A stretch of DNA of 64,000 nucleotides from a plasmid, in the sequence record NZ_CP016173.1. The stretch is one strand, 5' to 3'. Under the pieces are notes generated by a model that saw nothing but the letters and a program-made list of their open reading frames with translations, was not told the origin of the DNA and did no database searches. Of this stretch, positions 8,680-16,630 are shown piece by piece; position 1 is the first letter of the stretch, and the number at the start of each line of letters is the position of its first letter. The position numbers were made by a program, and so were the translations under genes.

Positions 8680-9250
8680 TCAAGCCGCAAAAAAAGAGCG
8701 GTTCGAGATCCGATTGCGGGCCAATATCGCGGCCGAGGCGGATTTGCTGGCAGAGCTTGAGGCCCGGGATGGCGTATATGGGGGCAAAACCGAGCTGCTT
8801 CGAGAATGCCTACGGCGGGGGTTTGTCGCGCTACGCACGGCTGTCGATAAGCAGCCTGCTGACGCCACGGAAGAATCGATCCTTGACGCGTTGGCTTCAA
8901 CTTTTCCGACAGGCGAATATAGCTACCGAATCGGCAAGCTATACCTGGATGCAAGGGAAGCGGTTACTCACGGTACGCCTATGGAGCCGTCGGCGTCAGA
9001 CGTGACCCGGGATAACCGGGATGACCAAACTCGCAGCCCTGAGAGCGCCTTTCCTGCTTCAGAACTAGCAGAGGCCTCGTCACCTGCAGGCCCGGTGCCC
9101 CAACCTGAGGCGCCTGTATCGGCGGACTCGCCTGGCCCTGTGCAGGCATCAGAGCCCAGCGATAACCCGAAGCCAAGGCCTCCAGCGGTGGATTGGGGTC
9201 GGCTGCGCGGAATTGCGGGGCGTGAAGATGATGGAACGGAGAACAGGTAA
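8633..9250 (+). CDS. Hypothetical protein with a charged N-terminal helix region and a Pro/Ala/Ser-rich low-complexity tail
   Basis: 205-aa ORF. True start is uncertain; a GTG at about 8692 is possible. N-terminal ERFEIRLRANIAAEADLLAELEAR could be a ribbon-helix-helix or relaxosome-accessory fold (speculative). The C-terminus is acidic and proline-rich. Confidence 0.3.
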   Translation: MSASNNPTEQGAIVTNQAAKKERFEIRLRANIAAEADLLAELEARDGVYGGKTELLRECLRRGFVALRTAVDKQPADATEESILDALASTFPTGEYSYRIGKLYLDAREAVTHGTPMEPSASDVTRDNRDDQTRSPESAFPASELAEASSPAGPVPQPEAPVSADSPGPVQASEPSDNPKPRPPAVDWGRLRGIAGREDDGTENR

Positions 9251-9262
9251 AGCGCGGTAGAC

Positions 9263-9293
9263 AGGCCCTCAAGCGTGCTTGAGGGCCTTTTTT
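9263..9293 (+). terminator. Rho-independent terminator
   Basis: AGGCCCTCAAG-cgtg-CTTGAGGGCCT (perfect 11-bp stem) followed by TTTTTT. Lies between the 8633-9250 gene and the next gene. Confidence 0.7.
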
Positions 9294-9304
9294 GGATCTT
9301 GAGC

Positions 9305-10588
9305 ATGGCAACAAGCAAGTCCCAAGGGACAGACCGGACATTCCAATTCAGCGATCCAGCAGCCGTAGCCGGAATCATCGTTATGGTGATTGCCGCCGTA
9401 TGGATCGCATGGTATTTCGCACATACGCAAATCAGCGCGCTGTATGTATACGTGCGCTATGCAGAGGTGTGGGTTTTGAATTTGGCGGGCGCTTTTTTCA
9501 ATCTGCCCGGTATTTCGTCTGCTCACAATTGGGTGCAACGGGTATGTGCGCCCGAGAGAACTATTCTGCTATGTACGCGGGATTTTTCAACGCTTAGTTG
9601 GGGAGAAATCACTTCTTCATCCATGGTCTTTAATGGTCTATGCGTCATTATTCTCGGCGGTTGGTGTTTTCGCATGTTTCGCCAAGTGTCCCGCACCCAC
9701 CCCGGCTTTCGATTTACCAAGAATCACTCCATTAAGTCGTTCGTGAAAGAAAATGCCGCGCTGTACCCCCATCTAAAGCTTGTGGAGAGGCTAGACTTGG
9801 TAGCCAAGCCGCTTGCCGATCCGCTCTTTGGCATGAGCCTCACGTCTCGGCAATTTGCGTACAAACACCGCCTTATCAGCGGGTGGCAAAAAATGGCAGA
9901 TGGCCAGTATGTGCCCGTTTTGAACCGGGAGGCTGCTACGGCGGTATTTCTCGCGCAGCTCGGCCCTCATTGGACTCGTTCTGCGGATCTGACGCCTGGG
10001 GAGACGCTATTGCTCGCAATAGTCCTCCCACGGGTAGCTGCGACAGACCCCCGTATGGATGATGCGGCATTCAAGAATGCGATGGCCGATAGTGATGGTC
10101 TCATCAAGTGGTGTTGGGACCACTTCACGTCGTCGGTGGAGCGCCAGGGCAGAAAGCGGGAGAGCGGCGATGACGGCTATGCATGGTTGCGGCCTGCATT
10201 TGATCTGTCCTATCCCAGGCAAATAATCGCGCGCTATCTGATGCACCCGGAGGTAAAGCAGATCATCGAGCAGCATGCATTCCGCAGGACAATTCTGTAT
10301 GCGTGCTATGTCCGCGCAAGTGCCCTCGGCGTATTTCCGCCTGCGGACGTGCGATGGCTGCGGTTTTACGATCGGGAGCTCTGGTACCTACGCAGCAGCA
10401 TCGGCAGGCAGGTGGCTTTTGCGGAAGGCGGCTCGGCCGTCTATTGCCACTACCTATACGAAGCAAAAGCGGGCTGCGCCATCGTTGAGCCCCAGCTCGA
10501 CAAGGCCGTGAGCGGGCTGGAAGCTGCCATGCACGGGTTCCGCTACACCGAAGCCGACAAGAAGGCGTATGAGGAAGCCAGGGGATAA
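9305..10588 (+). CDS. Membrane protein, possibly DotM/IcmP/TrbA-like (tentative)
   Basis: Start moved to the ATG at 9305, downstream of the terminator; the ORF-track start at 9275 would include the terminator. N-terminal TM helices, about 427 aa, immediately upstream of the DsbC/TrbB-like gene as trbA precedes trbB in R64. Confidence 0.3.
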   Translation: MATSKSQGTDRTFQFSDPAAVAGIIVMVIAAVWIAWYFAHTQISALYVYVRYAEVWVLNLAGAFFNLPGISSAHNWVQRVCAPERTILLCTRDFSTLSWGEITSSSMVFNGLCVIILGGWCFRMFRQVSRTHPGFRFTKNHSIKSFVKENAALYPHLKLVERLDLVAKPLADPLFGMSLTSRQFAYKHRLISGWQKMADGQYVPVLNREAATAVFLAQLGPHWTRSADLTPGETLLLAIVLPRVAATDPRMDDAAFKNAMADSDGLIKWCWDHFTSSVERQGRKRESGDDGYAWLRPAFDLSYPRQIIARYLMHPEVKQIIEQHAFRRTILYACYVRASALGVFPPADVRWLRFYDRELWYLRSSIGRQVAFAEGGSAVYCHYLYEAKAGCAIVEPQLDKAVSGLEAAMHGFRYTEADKKAYEEARG

Positions 10589-10669
10589 ACGATTCGCTCT
10601 TTTGGTGATATGATCGGGCGGTTTTGTTAGAATTGTGAAACCGCTGATTTCTGACGAGAGAATAGAATC

Positions 10670-11518
10670 GTGAACATCGGAAAGTTGCTGGTTGCGACGG
10701 CTATTGCCGTGCTTCCCGCTGCGCAAAGCGTCGCCCAGTCCCCCGAGGCCGTCATTTCCCGCTATGGAAAGATCGTCCGCAAGCTCGATCCTGGCGTCGG
10801 CGGTTTGACGGCGTGGCAAGTAGAGAAAAACGGCAAGCAGATTACCCTATATACGACGCCCCCGGCGCCGAATATGGCGGTCATCGCAGGTGTGGTATGG
10901 GATGCGCAATCGGGACGAAACATCTCCGATATGCAGTTACCCGTGCTCACGCATGAATCGACGGGATCCACGCCACCCGCGATGGGTGTTGGAACTTCGC
11001 GCGCGTCGGCCATGTCCGGGAATTTTACGGGGGACATTCCCCAGGCCATGCATACGGTCGATTCTCTCCAGGGCGTCAAAGAAGGGCAGGGCGGCGTTGC
11101 GGACACGGTGTATGTCGTCATCGATCCACGGTGTCCCTATTGCCAACAGGCCTATGCAAAGACACGGCCATACGTCGCTAAGGGGTACTCCATTAAATGG
11201 ATCCCCACGACTGCTTTGGGCGACAAGGCCAACGGCACGCCGATCGCGGCGACGATTTTGCAATCAAGTGACCCTGCGGTGTTGGCCCGGATCCTCGGCA
11301 AGCATGAGCCCATCAAGTCAGAACCGACCCCTGAAACGATAAAGGCGCTTGATTTGAACCTGGCCTTCATGTTTGCGGCATTCGAGCAGAATCAGGAGCC
11401 AGGCCAGCAAGCGGGTGTGCCCGTAGCTTTCTATATCGACCATCGGACTGGGCGTCCCAAAATGATGACCGGCTTAACCGATGATGCCGTTCTGCAAGAT
11501 ATTTTCGGGAGTCTCTAG
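10670..11518 (+). CDS. Periplasmic thiol:disulfide interchange protein (DsbC/DsbG/TrbB-like)
   Basis: GTG start. Signal peptide MNIGKLLVATAIAVLPAAQSVAQS and the thioredoxin-fold active site DPRCPYCQ. 282 aa. Confidence 0.65.
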   Translation: MNIGKLLVATAIAVLPAAQSVAQSPEAVISRYGKIVRKLDPGVGGLTAWQVEKNGKQITLYTTPPAPNMAVIAGVVWDAQSGRNISDMQLPVLTHESTGSTPPAMGVGTSRASAMSGNFTGDIPQAMHTVDSLQGVKEGQGGVADTVYVVIDPRCPYCQQAYAKTRPYVAKGYSIKWIPTTALGDKANGTPIAATILQSSDPAVLARILGKHEPIKSEPTPETIKALDLNLAFMFAAFEQNQEPGQQAGVPVAFYIDHRTGRPKMMTGLTDDAVLQDIFGSL

Positions 11519-12226
11519 GTGAAACTTTCAAAAGTCTCCGGCACGAAGACGACGGAAAGGTTTTCGCCTTTCGTGCAAATCACCGCGATGGACAACCGTA
11601 TCGCAGTAATGTTTGACAGCGATTTTGCCGGGGACACCCTGCGTATGCCGCGCGTCGTGATGCTGCCTCGCCCCCCTACCGAGATCTCATGCGAAGTCGA
11701 AGGAGGGCAGTCCGAGTACAGAGTCAAGCTGCTTGCGTCGCATGATGGCAGCGTTCAGTGCCATGACCTGGCAACGATCGCAACGACGGATAACCTCCCC
11801 CTGGTCGATGTACGGCAGGCAGTCGCCAGCTCTTTCGGGCGTGCTCTTCAATCCTATCTCCGATGGGAGTGCCGTGCACTGGGAGCGTACAAGGAGCCGC
11901 AATTGACGAGCCCCGGGATGGTCGGCGCCGTCCCGGGCGAGCCGGCAATGTCGGCGCCTATCACGCAATCTGGAAAAGGCAACCGATCGGTCTGGAGGTC
12001 TGCGGCGGTGGTCGCCGCTGTCGCCGTTGTAGGGTTCTGCCTTGCCTATGGGCTATCGGCTCGGACTGGGCACGCCGCTGACCCTATCCAGGCCGCTGTC
12101 GCCGAGAACATGGCTCAGGATCCCGCCTCTATTACCGCTCAAGTTGAGCTGACCAAACAAACCCTGCGCTCCATGGGTCTGGATCCCGGGCGGGCAGGCG
12201 ATCTTGGCTGCCTAGCCGCGCAATGA
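11519..12226 (+). CDS. Hypothetical protein with one TM segment
   Basis: 235-aa ORF that starts 1 nt after the DsbC-like stop. TM helix AAVVAAVAVVGFCLAYG. Confidence 0.4.
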   Translation: MKLSKVSGTKTTERFSPFVQITAMDNRIAVMFDSDFAGDTLRMPRVVMLPRPPTEISCEVEGGQSEYRVKLLASHDGSVQCHDLATIATTDNLPLVDVRQAVASSFGRALQSYLRWECRALGAYKEPQLTSPGMVGAVPGEPAMSAPITQSGKGNRSVWRSAAVVAAVAVVGFCLAYGLSARTGHAADPIQAAVAENMAQDPASITAQVELTKQTLRSMGLDPGRAGDLGCLAAQ

Positions 12227-12501
12227 TGCCGGTGGTTGAGCCTTCCCTGCAGGGGGATTTCGGCCTGATCTCGGTCGCCGAGCGTGTCCAGTGGCGTGAG
12301 GCCTTGCCACGCCATTTACTGGGCGCCATGAAGCAGCGTGATGGGAGCGCACTCCCGGCCTGGAAGGTCGCAGAGCATATTCAGCCCACCCTGATCACGA
12401 TTCACGAATTGTTCAATACCGCCCCTCTCGCAACCTTGCACACGCTTGAAGAGTATTTCTCACCGGCCTCTCTCGCGCATCGGAGTGACTATGCATCCTG
12501 A
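12223..12501 (+). CDS. Hypothetical protein
   Basis: 92-aa ORF whose start overlaps the previous stop (ATGA), consistent with coupling. Confidence 0.3.
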   Translation: MMPVVEPSLQGDFGLISVAERVQWREALPRHLLGAMKQRDGSALPAWKVAEHIQPTLITIHELFNTAPLATLHTLEEYFSPASLAHRSDYAS

Positions 12502-13534
12502 CACCGCTATGAATGACGAAGCGGAAGATGTTCGCGAAATCCAAAAGTTCGCTCAAGGCTTTCGTAGCCTGCTGATCCCTTCGCCAGCGGTGCTGGCAAA
12601 TACCGCTATTCTGCTGAAGCGCCTTGTCCTCCTGAGCGACAAAGTGCTGCCGGTCAAGAGCTACTTCAACATGGTGCAGGAGATGCAGCGTGCGGCATTT
12701 CTCGCCGAAGGTATGGCAGCAGATGCGGTGCAAGCCGAAGGGCTCACGGGGGAGCGCGCGGCAGAGCGCACGCGAGAAATCATCCGCGAGGTCGAGGCCA
12801 AAGGTGCAACTTTCTGGTCTATAGCAGCCAAGGATGCCAAGGGCGAGCTCAAGGAGCGGCTTCAGCAGTTGGACCAAGATAGTCAGCGGGCCCTATGCAC
12901 CGAGGATACGTTTGTGATCGTCTGCTCGTACCTCAAAGGCGAAGTTGCCAAACAGGGTAGCGTCCACTATTTGCGTGGTCAGTCGCCGGACTTCAAGGAG
13001 ACCAAGAAGCATCGGAATCCTTTGGACCTGTCCAAAGAAGTGGTGCTCAAGGGGCTGTCATCCGCGCTGGCGCGACCTGATGCTGAGCGCGGCTCCATCG
13101 AGCGCGGACAGATCGACAGCGGCTTCAACCATCTTGCCCGCCTGAATAGCCTTGCAATCATCATGCTGGACGTGGTGGAGTGGATCCGCGTATGTGAGAA
13201 GAACGGCACTCCATGCCGGAAAATCGACGTGCGAGCGAAGTTCGACCTGTCGCATACCGACTACGAGCGGGTCATGGCCATGGCCAGGCGCGCGGGGCTG
13301 TACACGCTGCGAAGCCACAAGAAGGATCCGAGCAACAGGTACACGCTGAAGTCGAAGATCCACCAACGGATCGTGGATCAGGCCGCGATTTTTGGGTACA
13401 CGCCTCAGAAAACGCTCAACAAAATTCTGGACGATTTTTTCCGCCTTACCGACTACTCCGCGCGTCTCGGGCGAAGTCCGGAGCAAGTTTTCAATGCGCT
13501 CGTTGACCAATCCAAAGAAGATCCGAACGCGTAG
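12491..13534 (+). CDS. Hypothetical protein
   Basis: ORF 12446-13534; the start is probably at 12491 or 12509, overlapping the upstream stop. About 340-348 aa, no recognised motifs. Confidence 0.4.
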   Translation: MHPDTAMNDEAEDVREIQKFAQGFRSLLIPSPAVLANTAILLKRLVLLSDKVLPVKSYFNMVQEMQRAAFLAEGMAADAVQAEGLTGERAAERTREIIREVEAKGATFWSIAAKDAKGELKERLQQLDQDSQRALCTEDTFVIVCSYLKGEVAKQGSVHYLRGQSPDFKETKKHRNPLDLSKEVVLKGLSSALARPDAERGSIERGQIDSGFNHLARLNSLAIIMLDVVEWIRVCEKNGTPCRKIDVRAKFDLSHTDYERVMAMARRAGLYTLRSHKKDPSNRYTLKSKIHQRIVDQAAIFGYTPQKTLNKILDDFFRLTDYSARLGRSPEQVFNALVDQSKEDPNA

Positions 13535-13552
13535 GGCAAGGAAGGGTACGGT

Positions 13553-14122
13553 ATGGGCAAGCAAGACGGGGACGAGGGCCCCAAGATCAGCGCTGAAGAC
13601 CAGAAGCGCATCGAAAAGGGGGCTCGCCAACTGGCCGCGTACGCGGCCTTTTTGCGGTGGAGTGCCAACTTCTCGCGAAACGAGATCACAACGCACCCCA
13701 GTCATCGCCAAATCATGATGCTCTCGCCTGTGCAGAGCGGCAGGTTCGCGTTCACGCTGGAAGGGAGCACAATTCTGCTCGGCACCCAGCCTTTTGAGGC
13801 AGCGTGGATGGCGCATATGCCGTTTGACTGCGCGTACCTGTCAGACCGCCTTTATCTCTGCGTGACAGGCGTGTCGCTCATGGAGGTGCACTTCCCTCCC
13901 ATCGCCCTGGGCATTCATGTGGCGGGCGCGGAGAAGCGCGGGCAGTTATCGCAAGGCCGGTTTGTTCAGCCTGTCGGTGTCGAAGTGCAGAATGGCGCCG
14001 TGACGGCCGTAGGGCGTCCCTACGGCCTCGGTTTTCCCGTCAGGCAGGGTGAGATCACCTCGGGGCTATTGGAGGCCACAGCGGCCCGTATGCGGTCCCA
14101 GGATATGTCCCGGTTCTTCTGA
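13553..14122 (+). CDS. Hypothetical protein
   Basis: 189-aa ORF with RBS GGTACGG upstream. Last gene of a plus-strand run that ends at a strong terminator. Confidence 0.4.
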   Translation: MGKQDGDEGPKISAEDQKRIEKGARQLAAYAAFLRWSANFSRNEITTHPSHRQIMMLSPVQSGRFAFTLEGSTILLGTQPFEAAWMAHMPFDCAYLSDRLYLCVTGVSLMEVHFPPIALGIHVAGAEKRGQLSQGRFVQPVGVEVQNGAVTAVGRPYGLGFPVRQGEITSGLLEATAARMRSQDMSRFF

Positions 14123-14192
14123 AGAGAGGATTTCAGTGCGCCCTGTTACCCGGGCAAAAGCACCGTGTAGCGCATTAATTACCCATCCCAGC

Positions 14193-14219
14193 AAAAAGCC
14201 CGCGTTACGCGGGCTTTTT
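14193..14219. terminator. Bidirectional rho-independent terminator between convergent genes
   Basis: AAAAA-GCCCGCG-tta-CGCGGGC-TTTTT. Confidence 0.7.
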
Positions 14220-14296
14220 GCTGGCCGGACACATTCTATCCACAGAATCTGTGGAAATCTCTATGGGCGCAGTGAACGGTCGCGAAACAAGCAAGG

Positions 14297-14653
14297 TCAA
14301 GCTTCCGGCCGGTTCCACGAATCTTCTTCAGCGAGGCCAACTTCGTCCAGGCGACGGGTCATGCCACCTTCCGCCCATTCGCGGTCAAGGTTCACACCCT
14401 TTGCAGCGTTCTCGATCGCGAACTCTCGTCCGATGATGGCGGCTTGAACGGAAGACAGAAGGGCAGGCGAGGGCGCTTTGTATTCCGACAACAATTCCTT
14501 GGAGACTTCAGGTGGCAGCTTGCGGATGGCTTCACGTACGCCGGCGCCATATTCTGAAAGCACGGGCTGCTTGCCCAGGATGATCTCGCGATCCTGCGAT
14601 GGGAACATCGAGATCCCCATGCTTTGAAATTCTTGGGCCGTAGCCATAGTCAC
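14297..14653 (-). CDS. Hypothetical protein
   Basis: 118-aa ORF, last gene of a four-gene minus-strand operon (16553 to 14297). Confidence 0.4.
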   Translation of the reverse strand: MTMATAQEFQSMGISMFPSQDREIILGKQPVLSEYGAGVREAIRKLPPEVSKELLSEYKAPSPALLSSVQAAIIGREFAIENAAKGVNLDREWAEGGMTRRLDEVGLAEEDSWNRPEA

Positions 14654-14656
14654 CTC

Positions 14657-15247
14657 TTACCGGTTGTCGAAGTCGTCGCTACGGTCCAATGTCCTGTCGT
14701 AGCGAGAGAAGATCGCCGCCGCCTGGCGCGCCAGGCAACGCTTTTCAGCATTGTTGAGCAAGCTCCGAATGGTTTCCGGCTTCGAGCTCAAGCGCTGGGT
14801 TTGATCATGAAGCAGTCCTACGAGGGCCCGACGATCGTTGGTCGATCCAGGTGCAGCATCAATCGCTGTGTATGCCTCGCTGTAGGCTGATGTGAGCTGC
14901 TCCGCCGCAACGGCGTCGCCTGCCACCGCGCGCGGCCCGTAGGCCAGCGTCGAGACGGCAGCGCCACCAATCCGCCGCAGCGCGGCGATCTCTGCGGCAC
15001 GGCTCTGCATGACACGGCCAGAACTCATTGCATGCGGCGGGTTCGATCGGAACCACTCCGCCTGGCCATCAGCCAACGTTTCAACTGTCCGGCGAAGCTG
15101 CTTTCCTTCTTCTGTCGGCTGCAATATGGCTGCCGCCACGTTGTCGAAAGACAGCATTTGCGCGTGCTCGACGTGCTGCATCGCCTGCGCTCGAAGGAGC
15201 GCAGTGCCGATTACAAAACGACTGGCCTCGCGTATGGATAGCTGCAT
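14657..15247 (-). CDS. Hypothetical protein
   Basis: 196-aa ORF, 3 nt from the downstream gene. Confidence 0.4.
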   Translation of the reverse strand: MQLSIREASRFVIGTALLRAQAMQHVEHAQMLSFDNVAAAILQPTEEGKQLRRTVETLADGQAEWFRSNPPHAMSSGRVMQSRAAEIAALRRIGGAAVSTLAYGPRAVAGDAVAAEQLTSAYSEAYTAIDAAPGSTNDRRALVGLLHDQTQRLSSKPETIRSLLNNAEKRCLARQAAAIFSRYDRTLDRSDDFDNR

Positions 15248-15258
15248 AAGTTGGGCTT

Positions 15259-16107
15259 CTAGAGGGTTGGTCCGAGGTCTCCCAGACGATTATTGACCAA
15301 TGCGCGCGCGCGTTCCTTTACGCCTGGGCCTCCTGGCAGAAGCCCGATTGTGTTGGACCCGAGGACACTGAGCAAAATATCATTGCTGGCATAAGGGTTT
15401 TCTGTGAACAGGCTGGCAGTGGCAGGCGTTAGCGTGCTGCGGTCAAACACCCATCGTAGCTGTTCAAGATCCTTACAGACAGGAATTATAAAGGGGCCAT
15501 ACCCGTCTTCATACTGCTCAATCAGCGTATTGAAAACAAGCTGCTTGTCGGCCTCTAGCGCCTTTTCCTCGATCCTCATCCGGGGGCCGATATGCGACGC
15601 CACGGCTATGCGGACATCCCTGATGGGGTGTGACGCCAGGGGTAGCAGCGTCTGTGGATGGGTGGAAGGGTTTGCGGCTAATGCTCGCATTGCCTCCGTA
15701 TGATGGAACCCGTGTTCCAGAAGGGCATTTTGAAGCTCACGTGGAACGGTGGGCTGCCGCGCCGCTGCATGGGCAACGGCGCCTGATTCTCGCCCTTCCA
15801 TGAACAGCGCGACTTGTTCCGCACCGGACAGGCGGTTTGATTGGGCGAAGAAGAATTCGGTGGATATCCGCTCTGAGTCCTCGGAGAACTCTGCCAAACG
15901 GGCGCGGAAGGCCTGTTTTGTCGCGGAGGCAACCCCGCGTACGAGAGCACGCAAGCCAAGGGTATTGGCCTGGGCGGTGTGCGCGCCGGTCGGCAGGCTG
16001 ACGCCGGCATGCAGCGGCAGGCCGATGCGCTGCGCGATCGGCCCCCGGGCTTGCCTCTCGCTCAGGAAGTCCACCGCGCGCTGAAATTGTACGGTTCTGT
16101 CGGCCAT
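15259..16107 (-). CDS. Hypothetical protein
   Basis: 282-aa ORF with no recognised motifs. Confidence 0.45.
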   Translation of the reverse strand: MADRTVQFQRAVDFLSERQARGPIAQRIGLPLHAGVSLPTGAHTAQANTLGLRALVRGVASATKQAFRARLAEFSEDSERISTEFFFAQSNRLSGAEQVALFMEGRESGAVAHAAARQPTVPRELQNALLEHGFHHTEAMRALAANPSTHPQTLLPLASHPIRDVRIAVASHIGPRMRIEEKALEADKQLVFNTLIEQYEDGYGPFIIPVCKDLEQLRWVFDRSTLTPATASLFTENPYASNDILLSVLGSNTIGLLPGGPGVKERARALVNNRLGDLGPTL

Positions 16108-16118
16108 GGCAAGTCCGC

Positions 16119-16553
16119 CTAGGGTTTGGTCAGGAGCGTGGTGCCGGTCGCCTTCAAGACATGGCTCCGCACCTGCGGCCGGGACACGATGATCTCCGCG
16201 CCTCCTTCGCGGTAGCGAACCATATCGTTGCCGCTCACGCGCAGTTCGGCATCCAGGGCCGACCCGATTGCGGCGAGCGCGCGTGCAGACAAGCCAGGAA
16301 GCGCGGCATCGCTCGAAAGCGAAGCGGTGCGCTGCGCGCCCGTGTTTTCGAGGTCGTGGACGTATAGCACGTCCAAGTCGATGCCGGGAAAAAGGTCGGG
16401 TATCAAAAACGTCGAATTTGCATCCTCTGCCACGGTTGCCAGGGCCTCAAAGGCTTGTCGAAGCTCGCCTGTGTCTAAACATTCGAGCAACCCCGGATAG
16501 GCTTTGGTATGTACCCATTCGGCCGCTTTGTCAAAAATCTTATGTTCAATCAT
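16119..16553 (-). CDS. Hypothetical protein
   Basis: 144-aa ORF, first gene of the minus-strand operon. Divergent from the DotA-like gene across an AT-rich 77-bp region (16554-16630). Confidence 0.45.
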   Translation of the reverse strand: MIEHKIFDKAAEWVHTKAYPGLLECLDTGELRQAFEALATVAEDANSTFLIPDLFPGIDLDVLYVHDLENTGAQRTASLSSDAALPGLSARALAAIGSALDAELRVSGNDMVRYREGGAEIIVSRPQVRSHVLKATGTTLLTKP

Positions 16554-16630
16554 TCTAACTATCCGTCCAAATATCGGCTAATATTCTATGGATTCTATAT
16601 GTACCCTATCGCAAAGAAAAGGGGATAGTA

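Noticed and set aside
9275-9304. ORF-track start at 9275 for the DotM-like gene
   Set aside because: This start would place the strong terminator hairpin (9263-9293) inside the coding region. The ATG at 9305 is a better start.
13058-13816. 252-aa minus-strand ORF
   Set aside because: Antisense to the well-framed plus-strand genes 12491-13534 and 13553-14122, with no independent support.
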